Of a DNA stretch of 64,000 bases, positions 9,490 to 18,570 are shown one piece after another. Numbering within the stretch: position 1 is the first letter of the stretch; every line of letters begins with the position of its first letter. The DNA is from an uncultured Anaerolineales bacterium (GTDB taxonomy: Bacteria > Chloroflexota > Anaerolineae > B4-G1), in assembly GCA_964530325.1 (NCBI GenBank), contig CAZHAX010000002.1, positions 6,400 through 70,399 on the forward strand, given 5' to 3'. The notes beneath the pieces were generated by a model. It had not been told where the DNA came from. It made no database searches and saw nothing but the letters and a program-made list of their open reading frames with translations. The position numbers and the translations under genes were made by a program.

Positions 9490-9936
9490 CTACTCCATTG
9501 GCAGCATGACGACGGTCAGCCAGAAAGCCTGGATAGACCGCACTACTCGCATGAACTGGTCGAAGTCAACCGGCTTGCTGACGTAGCAGTTGGCGTGCAT
9601 GTTGTAGCTGCGGACGATATCCTCCTCAGCATCCGATGTCGTGAGTATCACCACCGGGATGCGCCGCAGCTGCTCGTCCTGCTTGATCACAGCCAGCAGT
9701 TCGCGGCCGTTCATGCGGGGCATGTTCAGATCGAGCAGAATCAGGTCAGGGCGCGGGGAGTCCTTGTATTCCCCCTCCTGGCGAAGGAAGGCGAGGGCTT
9801 CCACGCCGTCACCGACGACGTGCAGCTGGTTGAGGATCTTGCCCTCCTTGAAGGCCTCCTGGGTCAGGCGCACGTCGCCGGCGTTGTCTTCCGCGAGCAG
9901 GATCTCGATCGGTCTGTGTATCCTTCGGGATTGCAT
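9490..9936 (-). CDS. Single-domain response regulator, Rcp1-like
   Basis: [38 protein letters not shown]. Confidence 0.92.
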   Translation of the reverse strand: MQSRRIHRPIEILLAEDNAGDVRLTQEAFKEGKILNQLHVVGDGVEALAFLRQEGEYKDSPRPDLILLDLNMPRMNGRELLAVIKQDEQLRRIPVVILTTSDAEEDIVRSYNMHANCYVSKPVDFDQFMRVVRSIQAFWLTVVMLPME

Positions 9937-10015
9937 GGTCTACCCTCTCTGTGGAGCGGCCTTTCGATTGCTCGTGTTGAGCCTGGCTGCCTGACCGAAG
10001 CGGTCCGCGGTGGCC

Positions 10016-10024
10016 ATTATACCA
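10016..10024 (-). promoter_or_regulatory. Internal extended -10 promoter for the last two cluster genes
   Basis: TG-G-TATAAT on the minus strand, about 10 nt after the stop of the upstream receiver gene. Confidence 0.5.
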
Positions 10025-10031
10025 CTCTCCC

Positions 10032-10475
10032 CTAGTCGACGGGCAACTTGACCATGCTCAGCCAGAAGCCTTCGATCATTGTCACTACCTTGATGAACTG
10101 CTCGAGGTCGACAGGCTTGGTGATGTAGCAGTTGGCGTGGAGATCGTAGCTTCTGATCACGTCTTCCTCCGCCTGGGACGTGGTGAGGATGACTACCGGG
10201 ATGCGGGCCAGGTCCTGGTCCGCCTTGATCTCCGCCAGCACCTCGCGGCCATCCTTCCTGGGCATATTGAGGTCGAGGAATATGAGATCGGGGCGCGGAG
10301 CATCGGCGTATTCCCCTTCCCGGTGCAGGAAGGCGAGGGCCTCCACACCGTCCGGAACGACGTGGAGAGTGTTGAGCATGCTGCTCTCCTTCAGCGCCTC
10401 CCTGGTGAGGCGGACGTCGCCCGGATTGTCTTCGACGAGGAGGATGTCAACCGGTTGCGTCATCTGACTACTCAT
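10032..10475 (-). CDS. Single-domain response regulator, Rcp1-like (paralog of 9490-9936)
   Basis: Start reassigned to ATG 10475 ([17 protein letters not shown]); [11 protein letters not shown]; ANCYITKP; overlaps the kinase stop. Confidence 0.9.
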   Translation of the reverse strand: MSSQMTQPVDILLVEDNPGDVRLTREALKESSMLNTLHVVPDGVEALAFLHREGEYADAPRPDLIFLDLNMPRKDGREVLAEIKADQDLARIPVVILTTSQAEEDVIRSYDLHANCYITKPVDLEQFIKVVTMIEGFWLSMVKLPVD

Positions 10476-13308
10476 AGGTCCCTTCTCTCCTTGCTGGAAT
10501 GGTGAAACGGAACGTCGAGCCCTGGCCGGGCTTCGATTCCACCCAGATGCGCCCGCCGTGCCTCTCGACGATCTTCCTGCACAGCGCCAGCCCGATGCCG
10601 GTGCCTTCGTACTTGTCTCCAGCATTCAGTCGCTGGAAAAGCTTGAAGATTCTCTCCACGTACTGCGGCTCGATACCCGGTCCGTTGTCCTGGACGGAGA
10701 ACCGCCACTCGCCGTCGACTTCCTCTGCCCCAACGTGGATCCTGGGCGGCTGATCGTTTCGGAACTTGATTGCATTGAGGACCAGCTCGTGGAAGACGCG
10801 ATTCAGTTGGGAGGAGTCGCCGATCACCGTGGGCATGGTGTCGTGGGTGACGGTCGCCTCGGTCTCTTCGATCATCGGCCACAGGACGGACAGGGCCTGC
10901 TTGAGCAGGCGGGAGCAATCCGTGCGGCGGAAGGGCTGGCCGTGCGTTTGGACGCGCGAGTAGTCGAGCAAGTCGTTGATCAGCCGGCGCATCGATATCG
11001 CACCCTTCACGGCCTGGTCGATGTACTCGCCGGCGTCGCTGCCCGGCCTGTCCGCGTAGCGGCGCTGAAGCATCTGCACGTGGCCGGCGATTGCGCGCAG
11101 CGGCTCCTGCAGATGGTGGGCCGCCACGAAGGCGAACTGCTCCAGCTCCGTATTGGAGCGAGACAGCTCGTCAGCCTGCTGGGCCAGCACCCGCTCCGCC
11201 TCCTTGCGGTCGGAGATGTCCGTGAAGCCGGCCAGTGAGCCAGAGAACTTGCCGTCTGCGAAGCGGGGAGTAGCGCTGACGAGGAACGGGATTCGCCTGC
11301 CGTCCTTGTGCAGCAATTCGACCTCGTACCGGTCTGCCGCCCCTCGCCTGCGCCGGTCGTCAGCTTGCTCGATGACTGCGTGCTGGTCGGGCGGCACGAC
11401 GATCGTCCAGTCGCGGTCGACGAGCTCGTCGACCTCGTAGCCGAGCCTGAACGCCAGGGCGGGGTTGACGAACAGGAAACGGCCTTCGTAATCCTGTAGG
11501 GCGATCCCTTCCGCGATCGTCTGGACGATGCCTTCGTTGAACTCCATCAGGCGGCGCATTTCCTGCTGAGCTTCCTCCTTCTCCTGCAGCAGGAGCGCTC
11601 CCTTGAGAGCGGTGCTCACTTGCCGCCACAGCATCTCATGGAGCATACCCTCGCGCGACATCTCGACCACGGCGAAGCCCAGCTGTTCTTCTCTGAAGTG
11701 GAGCGGTTCAACGAAGAGCGTGCGCTGCCGGTCGGGAGAAAGGAGCCCTTCCGGCATGAGCTGGCGTGAGGGGAAGCGCTGTGCCTCTGGGCTTAGGTCC
11801 CTGCGGCCGTTCTCGTCGTAGGCCAGGATCAGGCGGGACTCTTCGCTGGGCAACCCCTGCCCCTCGTACAGGGAAAGGAGGACAGTCCTGGCGCCGAGCG
11901 GGGGCAGCTGGTCGACCACGGCATCGAGTAGCTGCGGAACGTCAAAAGTGGTCATCAGCACATGGCTTCCCTCGAGCACATCCAGCGCCCACCGCTGCGA
12001 TTGCAGCCTGGCGAAGGCCTGTGCGTTCTGGGCTGCTCTGCCGACGAGAACGCGCGCCTGCTGCCACAGGTCCTCAGCGGCAGAGCGGCCCGGTTCTTGG
12101 GCTAGGAAGGGGAGGGCTCTACGCCGCAGTTCAGACAACACGTCTTGCCAACCCCCCACGCTCTCTCCCTCTGCCACGACCCTGTCCAGAGCCGTGCTCA
12201 CCGCGGCCAGGAACGCGGTCGCCGAGCCCTCTTCCAGGTCGGATTCGAAGGCCTCCGCGATGTCCTCAACCAGATGCGCGTGTCGACTCGCGAGCCTTTC
12301 GCCAAGCGCCTCCGCCGCCCCGGCGACAATGCTGGCTCTGTGGTCGGCGAGGGTGTCGTCAGGAGCTGCGGGCACAGCGTCTCCGCTGAGAGCCGAGGCG
12401 CGAATCGCGACTTCCGGCGGGCAGCCGCACGATTGGCGGGTGACCAGCCGCGTGTCCAGCACGATGCGCTCTGGCACCGAGCGGCCTGCCAGAAGATCCA
12501 GGAGCAACTCAGCCGCACGCCTCCCCTGGTCGTAGAGAGGCTGGTGGATGGTAGTCAGCGGAGGTGTCACAAGGCTGCTCATCTCGACGTCATCGAATCC
12601 TACCAGGGCCACGTCGCGCGGGACCCGGATGCCCCGGAGCTGCATGGCGCGGAGCGCTCCCAAGGCCATGTCGTCGTTGGCTGCGACTACTGCCTCGAAG
12701 CTCGCCTTCCGCTCGTCCAGCAGGATGCGAACTGCCTCCCCGCCGGTCAGCTCGACGAAGTCTCCGGGCGCTACGAGCTGGGGATCCAGTGGGATTCCAT
12801 GTCGGGCCAGGGAATCGGTGTAGGCACGGAAGCGCTCGTCAGCCTCTTGGTGCCCCTCCGGGCCACGGATGAAGGCGATCCGGCGCAGGTCGTGGCGCTC
12901 GATGAGATGGTCTACTGCCTGGCGCACGCCTGAGTAGTTGTCGACGACCAGGCTGGGAATGCCCTCCAGTCCAAGGGCGATACTGACCATCGGCAGCGGG
13001 CGGAAGCGGTCGCAGAAGGCCTGGGCTTCCTTGAGGGGCACGTAGTTGCCCAGTGAGCCGGAGAGGATGACGAGCCCGTCCACGTTCTCGGGTCCCACCA
13101 GGTCATACAGGACGTTGCGGTGTGCGTCGTGGCTGTACGGAGCTCTCAGTGAACGGCCGGGGAAGCAGATCAGATTGGCGCCCTTCTCCTGGGCTGCGTC
13201 CGCGACGCCCGGCCACACGTGAGCCTGGTATCGCTCTCCCATGCGGTCCAACAGCAGGCCGATCGTCTGTCGCTCCTTCTGCTGCCTACGTCTCTTCTTC
13301 GCGCTCAT
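10468..13308 (-). CDS. Cytoplasmic histidine kinase: LacI-type ligand-binding domain + helical/GAF-like + PAS + HisKA + HATPase (946 aa)
   Basis: [43 protein letters not shown]; PAS FLFVNPA...[10 protein letters not shown]; AHHLQEPLR; LNAIKF; DNGPGI; GTGIGL. No TM helix or HTH seen. Confidence 0.88.
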   Translation of the reverse strand: MSAKKRRRQQKERQTIGLLLDRMGERYQAHVWPGVADAAQEKGANLICFPGRSLRAPYSHDAHRNVLYDLVGPENVDGLVILSGSLGNYVPLKEAQAFCDRFRPLPMVSIALGLEGIPSLVVDNYSGVRQAVDHLIERHDLRRIAFIRGPEGHQEADERFRAYTDSLARHGIPLDPQLVAPGDFVELTGGEAVRILLDERKASFEAVVAANDDMALGALRAMQLRGIRVPRDVALVGFDDVEMSSLVTPPLTTIHQPLYDQGRRAAELLLDLLAGRSVPERIVLDTRLVTRQSCGCPPEVAIRASALSGDAVPAAPDDTLADHRASIVAGAAEALGERLASRHAHLVEDIAEAFESDLEEGSATAFLAAVSTALDRVVAEGESVGGWQDVLSELRRRALPFLAQEPGRSAAEDLWQQARVLVGRAAQNAQAFARLQSQRWALDVLEGSHVLMTTFDVPQLLDAVVDQLPPLGARTVLLSLYEGQGLPSEESRLILAYDENGRRDLSPEAQRFPSRQLMPEGLLSPDRQRTLFVEPLHFREEQLGFAVVEMSREGMLHEMLWRQVSTALKGALLLQEKEEAQQEMRRLMEFNEGIVQTIAEGIALQDYEGRFLFVNPALAFRLGYEVDELVDRDWTIVVPPDQHAVIEQADDRRRRGAADRYEVELLHKDGRRIPFLVSATPRFADGKFSGSLAGFTDISDRKEAERVLAQQADELSRSNTELEQFAFVAAHHLQEPLRAIAGHVQMLQRRYADRPGSDAGEYIDQAVKGAISMRRLINDLLDYSRVQTHGQPFRRTDCSRLLKQALSVLWPMIEETEATVTHDTMPTVIGDSSQLNRVFHELVLNAIKFRNDQPPRIHVGAEEVDGEWRFSVQDNGPGIEPQYVERIFKLFQRLNAGDKYEGTGIGLALCRKIVERHGGRIWVESKPGQGSTFRFTIPARREGTYE

Positions 13309-15242
13309 CGGGCGGATGCTCCTCCCCGGCTGCTGGTTCTATCGGGGATCGTGAAACTGAAGGTCGACCCCTTGCCGGGCTCCGACTCCGCCCAGATTCT
13401 CCCTCCGTGCCGTTCGACGATCTTCTTGCACAAGGCCAGCCCTATTCCCGTCCCGGGATAGTCGTCTGTGCTGTGTAGCCGCTCGAAGATGTGAAACACT
13501 CGCTCCAGGTATTGGGTCTCAATGCCGATCCCACAGTCCTCGACCGAGAAGAGCCAGCAATCCACCTGGCGGCGCGCGCTGATGTGGACACGAGGGCTCT
13601 CTTCACGGCGGAACTTTGCCGCGTTCTCCACCAGGTGCTGGAAGACCTGCCTCAATTGCCTGGCGTCAGCGTGGACCGTGGGAAGGTCCCCCAGGCTCAC
13701 GACCGCGCCTGTCTCCTCAATGATCCCCCTCACCTTCGTCAGAGCGCGTTCTATGACCTCGACGGTATCCACCGGCTCGAAGGGGGCACCGTCGGAAGTG
13801 ACGCGCGAGTAGAGGGTCAGGTCGTTGATCAGCCTCTGCAGGCGAACGGCGCCCTGAACGCAGAACGAAATGAACTCCCGGGCGTCTGCGTCAAGCCTAT
13901 CTCCATAGCGCCTCTCGAGCAGGCGGCTGTAGCTGGCTACCATCCGCAGCGGTTCCTGGAGATGGTGCGATGATACGTGGGTGAACTGCTCCAGTTCGGC
14001 GTTGGCCCGGGCCAGTTCCTCCGCCTGGCGGGCCAGGGTCATCTCCGCCTGCGCACGCTCCGCGAGTTCCCGCTGTTGGGCCTGGTAGAGCTGGGCGTTG
14101 TCGATGGCCACGGCTATGTGGTCTGCCACGGTTTGGAGGGTTGCCTCCTCTTTCGCTGCCAGCCCGGTCGCATCAACGGCCTCGATGCTCAGGGCGCCAA
14201 GCATGCGGCCACGGGACCGGAAAGGAAGGGCAATCTCGGCACGCTGCGCAGGCCCGGATCGATCGTCGACTGTGGCGCCAAGAGTACCGACCGGCGTGAT
14301 GACTGGCTCGCCGCTGCCGATACACCTGCCTACGCCGGTCCGGCCGTCTATGGTCACTTGCTGGCCTATCTGCACGGCCACGCTGTGGCCATTTCCGCTG
14401 GCGGCCCGCAGCGTCGCTGCTCGGAGCGATTGGTCGGCGATGAACAACGCCACACGGCACACCCCGACAGGGCTCAGAGTCTCAAGGGTGTTATCCGCCG
14501 ACTCGGCAAGCAGTGTCTCCGGATCGAGTATCGATTGGCTGGCTCGGGATAGCTCGGCTGTGGACTGCAGTATCGAGGTCTGGTGGCGGAGGAGCTCGTT
14601 GGTGTCCGTGAGCCGCGCATTCGCCTCTGCCGCGGCCGTCAGCGCCGCCTGCATCCCGTTGCTGAATGAGGCCAGGATCGCTGTCGTGGCGACCGTCACC
14701 AACAGGAAGAACGCACCCTCAGCGACGAGCGGGGCGAGCGCGCTGAGGTCACCGGCGTAGCGCGGGACGATCCAGCCCCGGCTGATAGCGACCACGAAGC
14801 CCGCGTAGGTCAGCATCGTGATCAGGCCGGCGACGGCCCCCTGACGAGCGCCCAGCAGAACGTGGGCCAGGGCAGTGAGCAAGAGCAGCCACAGGCGGCC
14901 GCTTCCCGCCAGTCCTCCGCTGGCGAAGGCAACGAGCGCAATGGAGTAGGTGACCACGAGAAGCGAGATGGCCCGTACCTGGTGATGCAGGCCCCTTGCG
15001 AGGGCAACGACCAGGACGATCAGCCAGGCGGCGATGAAGGGGGCTATGGCCAACAGGGCAGACCCTCCAGCAGGGGCGTGCGGTGCGTCCGTAAGGGAGA
15101 GGTAGTAGGCGACCACCGCAACCGGTCCGACCGCTGCTGCAGCCAGGAGCAGATGGGAGAGCATCTGGCTGCGCCAGCGGTCGATCTCCGCCGGCGAGTG
15201 CGCAGCCCTGCCTTCTGTGTGCTTCGTGGTCCGATTAGTCAA
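13305..15242 (-). CDS. Membrane histidine kinase: about 5 TM helices + GAF + HisKA + HATPase
   Basis: Probable TTG start overlapping the upstream TGA (alternative ATG at 15164); hydrophobic N-terminal helices; GAF ...LGALSIE...VADHIAVAIDNAQLY; [10 protein letters not shown]; GTGIGL. Confidence 0.85.
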   Translation of the reverse strand: MTNRTTKHTEGRAAHSPAEIDRWRSQMLSHLLLAAAAVGPVAVVAYYLSLTDAPHAPAGGSALLAIAPFIAAWLIVLVVALARGLHHQVRAISLLVVTYSIALVAFASGGLAGSGRLWLLLLTALAHVLLGARQGAVAGLITMLTYAGFVVAISRGWIVPRYAGDLSALAPLVAEGAFFLLVTVATTAILASFSNGMQAALTAAAEANARLTDTNELLRHQTSILQSTAELSRASQSILDPETLLAESADNTLETLSPVGVCRVALFIADQSLRAATLRAASGNGHSVAVQIGQQVTIDGRTGVGRCIGSGEPVITPVGTLGATVDDRSGPAQRAEIALPFRSRGRMLGALSIEAVDATGLAAKEEATLQTVADHIAVAIDNAQLYQAQQRELAERAQAEMTLARQAEELARANAELEQFTHVSSHHLQEPLRMVASYSRLLERRYGDRLDADAREFISFCVQGAVRLQRLINDLTLYSRVTSDGAPFEPVDTVEVIERALTKVRGIIEETGAVVSLGDLPTVHADARQLRQVFQHLVENAAKFRREESPRVHISARRQVDCWLFSVEDCGIGIETQYLERVFHIFERLHSTDDYPGTGIGLALCKKIVERHGGRIWAESEPGKGSTFSFTIPDRTSSRGGASAR

Positions 15243-17704
15243 TCTTCTCTGTCCGGTAGGCTGAAGCTGAAGGTGGAGCCCTGGCCGGGCTCCGACTCCA
15301 CCCAGATGCGGCCGCCGTGGCGCTCGACGATCTTCCTGCACACAGCCAGGCCGATGCCTGTGCCGTCGTACTCGTCTCGCGTATGAAGGCGCTGGAAGAT
15401 CATGAAGATGCGCTCGAAGTCGCTCGGGTCGATGCCTATGCCGTTGTCTCGTACGGAGAGGATCCAGCTCGAGTTCTTGCGCTCTGCGCCTATGTGCACC
15501 TCGGGCAGGGTATCCTTCTTGTGGAACTTGATGGCGTTGCCGATCAGGTTCTGGAGGAGCTGGGTCATCTGGGTAGCGTCGACGGACAGAGTGGGCATGT
15601 CGTCGTGGGTGATCTTGGCTCCGTTCTCTTCGACGGCCACGCGCAGGTTGAGGAGAGCCAGCTCCAGGACCTTGCCGGTGTCGGTAGGCTCGAAGGGTTT
15701 GCCCCGGGTGCCGACGCGCGAGTAGGTGAGCAGGTCGTTGATCAGCGTCTGCATGCGGCTGGCGCCATCGACGGCGAAGTCAATGAACTCGTCGGCGTCG
15801 TCGTCGAGCTGGCCCTTGTAGCGTCGCTCGAGCAGCTGGAGGTAGCTGCTGATCATACGGAGGGGCTCCTGGAGGTCGTGGGAGGCAACGTAGGCGAATT
15901 GCTCCAGCTCCGTATTGGAGCGGGCCAGCTCCTCCTCCGTCTCTCGCAGTTCCTTGACTACCCTTCCACCCTGCAGCGCAGTGCTGATCTGGGTCGCCAG
16001 TGTCTCATACAGCTCGTGCCTGGGCTCCTCCATGCCGAAGGCCACGAAGCCAAAGCAGCTCTCCCGGAAATAGAGGGAGTTGATGCAGAGGTCGAATCGC
16101 CCGTGACCGCGGAGAATGTCCTTGGGCAGGAGAAGGCGGGCATCATACCGCAGCCCAGCGGGCCCCAGTTGCCTGCGGCCACTATTGTTGTAGGCCAGCA
16201 TCAGTTTGGCCCCGTCCCCCGGCAAACCAGGGTTTTCGTACAGCGATATGTAGCAGCTCTCGATACCCATCGCTGGCAGGTGTTCGGCCGCCTCATCCAT
16301 CAGGGATGCCAGATCGAAGGACGTGAGCAGGACCTGCGCGGCTGCATTCCGGGGAGCGGCTTCGTGCTCCTCTTCGATCCTGCGGTATGCGTCTGCGGAT
16401 ATGGCCAGGTCGTCGAAATGGGCGCTGGCCAAGAGCCAGATGACTGCGGCTCTCCTTGCCCGATCCACGTCGGTGGGAAGGCCGAGCGTATGGTCCCGGA
16501 GCACCGACACGGCCCGGTTCCAAGGTCCGATGTCGACCCCTCTGGCCAGCGCCTGGCGAAGCGCCGCGTCCTGCCGGGCTGTCCTGTCGAGCGCGGCCAG
16601 GAAGCGCTCCGGCGGGCCGCGGCCCTCCAGGTCATCCTGGAACGCCCGAAGGAGCTTCGGTGCCTCCCGGCTGAATGCAGTATCCTGCACGCCTGAGCCG
16701 CCGAATATCTCAGAGATCTGTGACTTCACCGGCTTGGCCGCACCTGCCCTCCCCCTCTGTTCGCTGGTGTGCGCTACAACTGAGACCTCAATCGGAGCGC
16801 GAGGTGGGCATCCGCACGACTGGCGAACGACCAGCTCGGTGGGGAGTGTTTCCTCCAGAGCCGTCTCCTCGCCTGCCAGCATCGAGATCATCACCTCCAC
16901 CGCCCGCTCCCCCATCTCCTCGATGGGCTGACGAACGGTCGTCAGAGGCGGGAGCGAGACGCGAGCGTCGGCAACGTCGTCGAAGCCGGCGATAGCTGCG
17001 TTCTCGGGCACGTGCAGCCCGCGCGACTCCAACTCCTGCATTGCCCCGATGGCCATAACGTCGTTTGCGGCGACCAGGGCGTCGAATTCGACCATCCGCT
17101 CATCGATCAACACGCTGACCGCCTTGGCGCCGGTGTGGAAGATGAAGTCGCCTGGCACGACGAGATCTGGATCGAACTCGATTCCGTTCGCGCCGAGCGT
17201 CTCCGTATAGGCCTGGTAGCGGGTCTCAGCGTCCTTGTTGGCCTCGGGTCCACGAATGAAGGCGATGCGCCGGCGGCCGTGATCCTTGACCAGGTGTTCC
17301 ACCTCGCGGCGCAGCCCGGCCATCCCGTCTACGATCAGGCTGGTGACGCCCTCGACGAGAAAACCGGCGCTCAGCGTTGGCAGCGGATGGAAGCTGCGGC
17401 AGAACTCCGCGAACTCCTGCCAGCCGACTCCGCGGCCCAGCACGGAGGCGTTGATGAGCACACCGTCCACGCTCTCCTTCGACACCAGCTCGTAGATGAC
17501 GTTCCGCTGGTACTCATACTGGTTGGTCGGCGAGACCCGGAGCGAGCCGCCCATCAGGCAGATCAGGTTCACGTCGTGCTCGCGTGCAGCGCGGCTGACC
17601 CCTCTCCACAGCGCGGACTGGTACCCGCCAAGGCCGAGGATCACGTCGATGAGTAGCGCAATAGTCGGCCTCTTCCCCATTCTGCTCCTCTCGCCGCTGC
17701 CCAT
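15239..17704 (-). CDS. Cytoplasmic histidine kinase: LacI-type ligand-binding domain + helical/GAF-like + HisKA + HATPase (821 aa)
   Basis: TIALL, VDGV, IAFIRGP, ANDVMAIG, GFDD, PPLTTVRQP, RQSCGC; canonical SHDLQEPLRM; GNAIKF; DNGIG; GTGIGL. Alternative start at 17680. Confidence 0.88.
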   Translation of the reverse strand: MGSGERSRMGKRPTIALLIDVILGLGGYQSALWRGVSRAAREHDVNLICLMGGSLRVSPTNQYEYQRNVIYELVSKESVDGVLINASVLGRGVGWQEFAEFCRSFHPLPTLSAGFLVEGVTSLIVDGMAGLRREVEHLVKDHGRRRIAFIRGPEANKDAETRYQAYTETLGANGIEFDPDLVVPGDFIFHTGAKAVSVLIDERMVEFDALVAANDVMAIGAMQELESRGLHVPENAAIAGFDDVADARVSLPPLTTVRQPIEEMGERAVEVMISMLAGEETALEETLPTELVVRQSCGCPPRAPIEVSVVAHTSEQRGRAGAAKPVKSQISEIFGGSGVQDTAFSREAPKLLRAFQDDLEGRGPPERFLAALDRTARQDAALRQALARGVDIGPWNRAVSVLRDHTLGLPTDVDRARRAAVIWLLASAHFDDLAISADAYRRIEEEHEAAPRNAAAQVLLTSFDLASLMDEAAEHLPAMGIESCYISLYENPGLPGDGAKLMLAYNNSGRRQLGPAGLRYDARLLLPKDILRGHGRFDLCINSLYFRESCFGFVAFGMEEPRHELYETLATQISTALQGGRVVKELRETEEELARSNTELEQFAYVASHDLQEPLRMISSYLQLLERRYKGQLDDDADEFIDFAVDGASRMQTLINDLLTYSRVGTRGKPFEPTDTGKVLELALLNLRVAVEENGAKITHDDMPTLSVDATQMTQLLQNLIGNAIKFHKKDTLPEVHIGAERKNSSWILSVRDNGIGIDPSDFERIFMIFQRLHTRDEYDGTGIGLAVCRKIVERHGGRIWVESEPGQGSTFSFSLPDRED

Positions 17705-17726
17705 TGTCTAGCTCTCCTACGGCGCG

Positions 17727-18293
17727 CTACCTGGGCTCAGTCAGGGCCAGCAGCGCCTCCAGCTCGCCTAGCAGGCCGTCCGCCGTCGCTCCCTGCGCCA
17801 CGAAGGAGTCCGCGCCGGCTGCCAGGGCCGACCTCCTCTGATCTGCGCTGCCGATTGCCAGCACCAGGATGCGACGGCCATCGTCAAGGCCCCGCAGCCA
17901 CCTGCAGAAGGCCGCGCAGCCGGGCGTGGTCCTGCTCACGTCGACCAGCACGGCGTCCGGGTGAAAGCGCTCGACCAGCGCGCCGGCCTCGAACTCACTC
18001 TGCGCCCACAGCACGTCGAAGCGGGTCTTCCCTCCAAGCTCGCGGCGCAGCTGCCCCGCTACAACACCATCGGCGAGAACGAGGAGACGGGGTTGCGAGG
18101 CGAGCGAGGGATGTACCGGCATCCCGTACTCCTCCAGGAAGGACAGGAAGTCGGCGAGCACGATGCGGTAGTGGCCGCCCGGAGTGGCGTAGGCCTTCAA
18201 CTCGCCCTTCTTGATCCAGTTGACGATCGTTGCCTGGGAGACGTGACAGTAGTCGGCGGCCTGGCCTGTAGTGAGCGGATCAACCCTGTCCAT
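17727..18293 (-). CDS. Excisionase-type HTH (HTH_17/MerR-like) fused to an atypical receiver domain (188 aa)
   Basis: LTTGQAADYCHVSQATIVNWIKKGELKAYATPGGHYRI, then a REC-like fold (PDAVLVD, AGADSF) lacking the conserved Lys. Confidence 0.82.
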   Translation of the reverse strand: MDRVDPLTTGQAADYCHVSQATIVNWIKKGELKAYATPGGHYRIVLADFLSFLEEYGMPVHPSLASQPRLLVLADGVVAGQLRRELGGKTRFDVLWAQSEFEAGALVERFHPDAVLVDVSRTTPGCAAFCRWLRGLDDGRRILVLAIGSADQRRSALAAGADSFVAQGATADGLLGELEALLALTEPR

Positions 18294-18384
18294 ACACACA
18301 GTCCTCGACGAGCGGGTGTAGAGAACGCACAAGCTTGGGCGTTGTTGCGGCTTTTTGCGGATTCTTGCGATTTCAGCTAGCCTC

Positions 18385-18439
18385 AGTCTAGCACATCGGC
18401 TGCCTGGCGGCGGTGTCGGTACGGTTACAGCTACGTTAC
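18385..18439 (-). promoter_or_regulatory. Promoter with 11-bp-period direct repeat (OmpR-family-type box) for the signalling cluster
   Basis: Minus strand: GTAAC-gtagct-GTAAC, 33 nt, TAGACT preceded by TGTGC. Confidence 0.6.
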
Positions 18440-18530
18440 CGGCAGAGCGGGAGGGGACTTGCCCCTGAGCACGTACAGGAGGCGCAGGGGTGTGCCCCCA
18501 CTTGACCTGGCGCGGCAGCCTCAGCTGGTG

Positions 18531-18556
18531 TATAATACTAACCGAACACCTGTTCT
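18531..18556 (+). promoter_or_regulatory. uvrB -10 element and LexA SOS box
   Basis: TATAAT at 18531-18536, then CGAAC-ACCT-GTTCT (18543-18556) over the expected TSS; matches the GAAC-N4-GTTC LexA motif of Firmicutes, Actinobacteria and Chloroflexota. Confidence 0.85.
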
Positions 18557-18570
18557 ATAGGGCTGTGCCA

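Noticed and set aside
7469-17704. Phytochrome/light-sensing system
   Set aside because: The kinase cores and receivers are Cph1/Rcp1-like, but there is no PAS-GAF-PHY chromophore module or DIP motif.
17727-18293. Excisionase marking a prophage or ICE boundary
   Set aside because: The HTH is fused to a receiver domain; no integrase, att-like repeats or phage genes are present.
18502-18536. TTGACC as the -35 of the uvrB promoter
   Set aside because: Spacing to TATAAT is 23 nt, too long.
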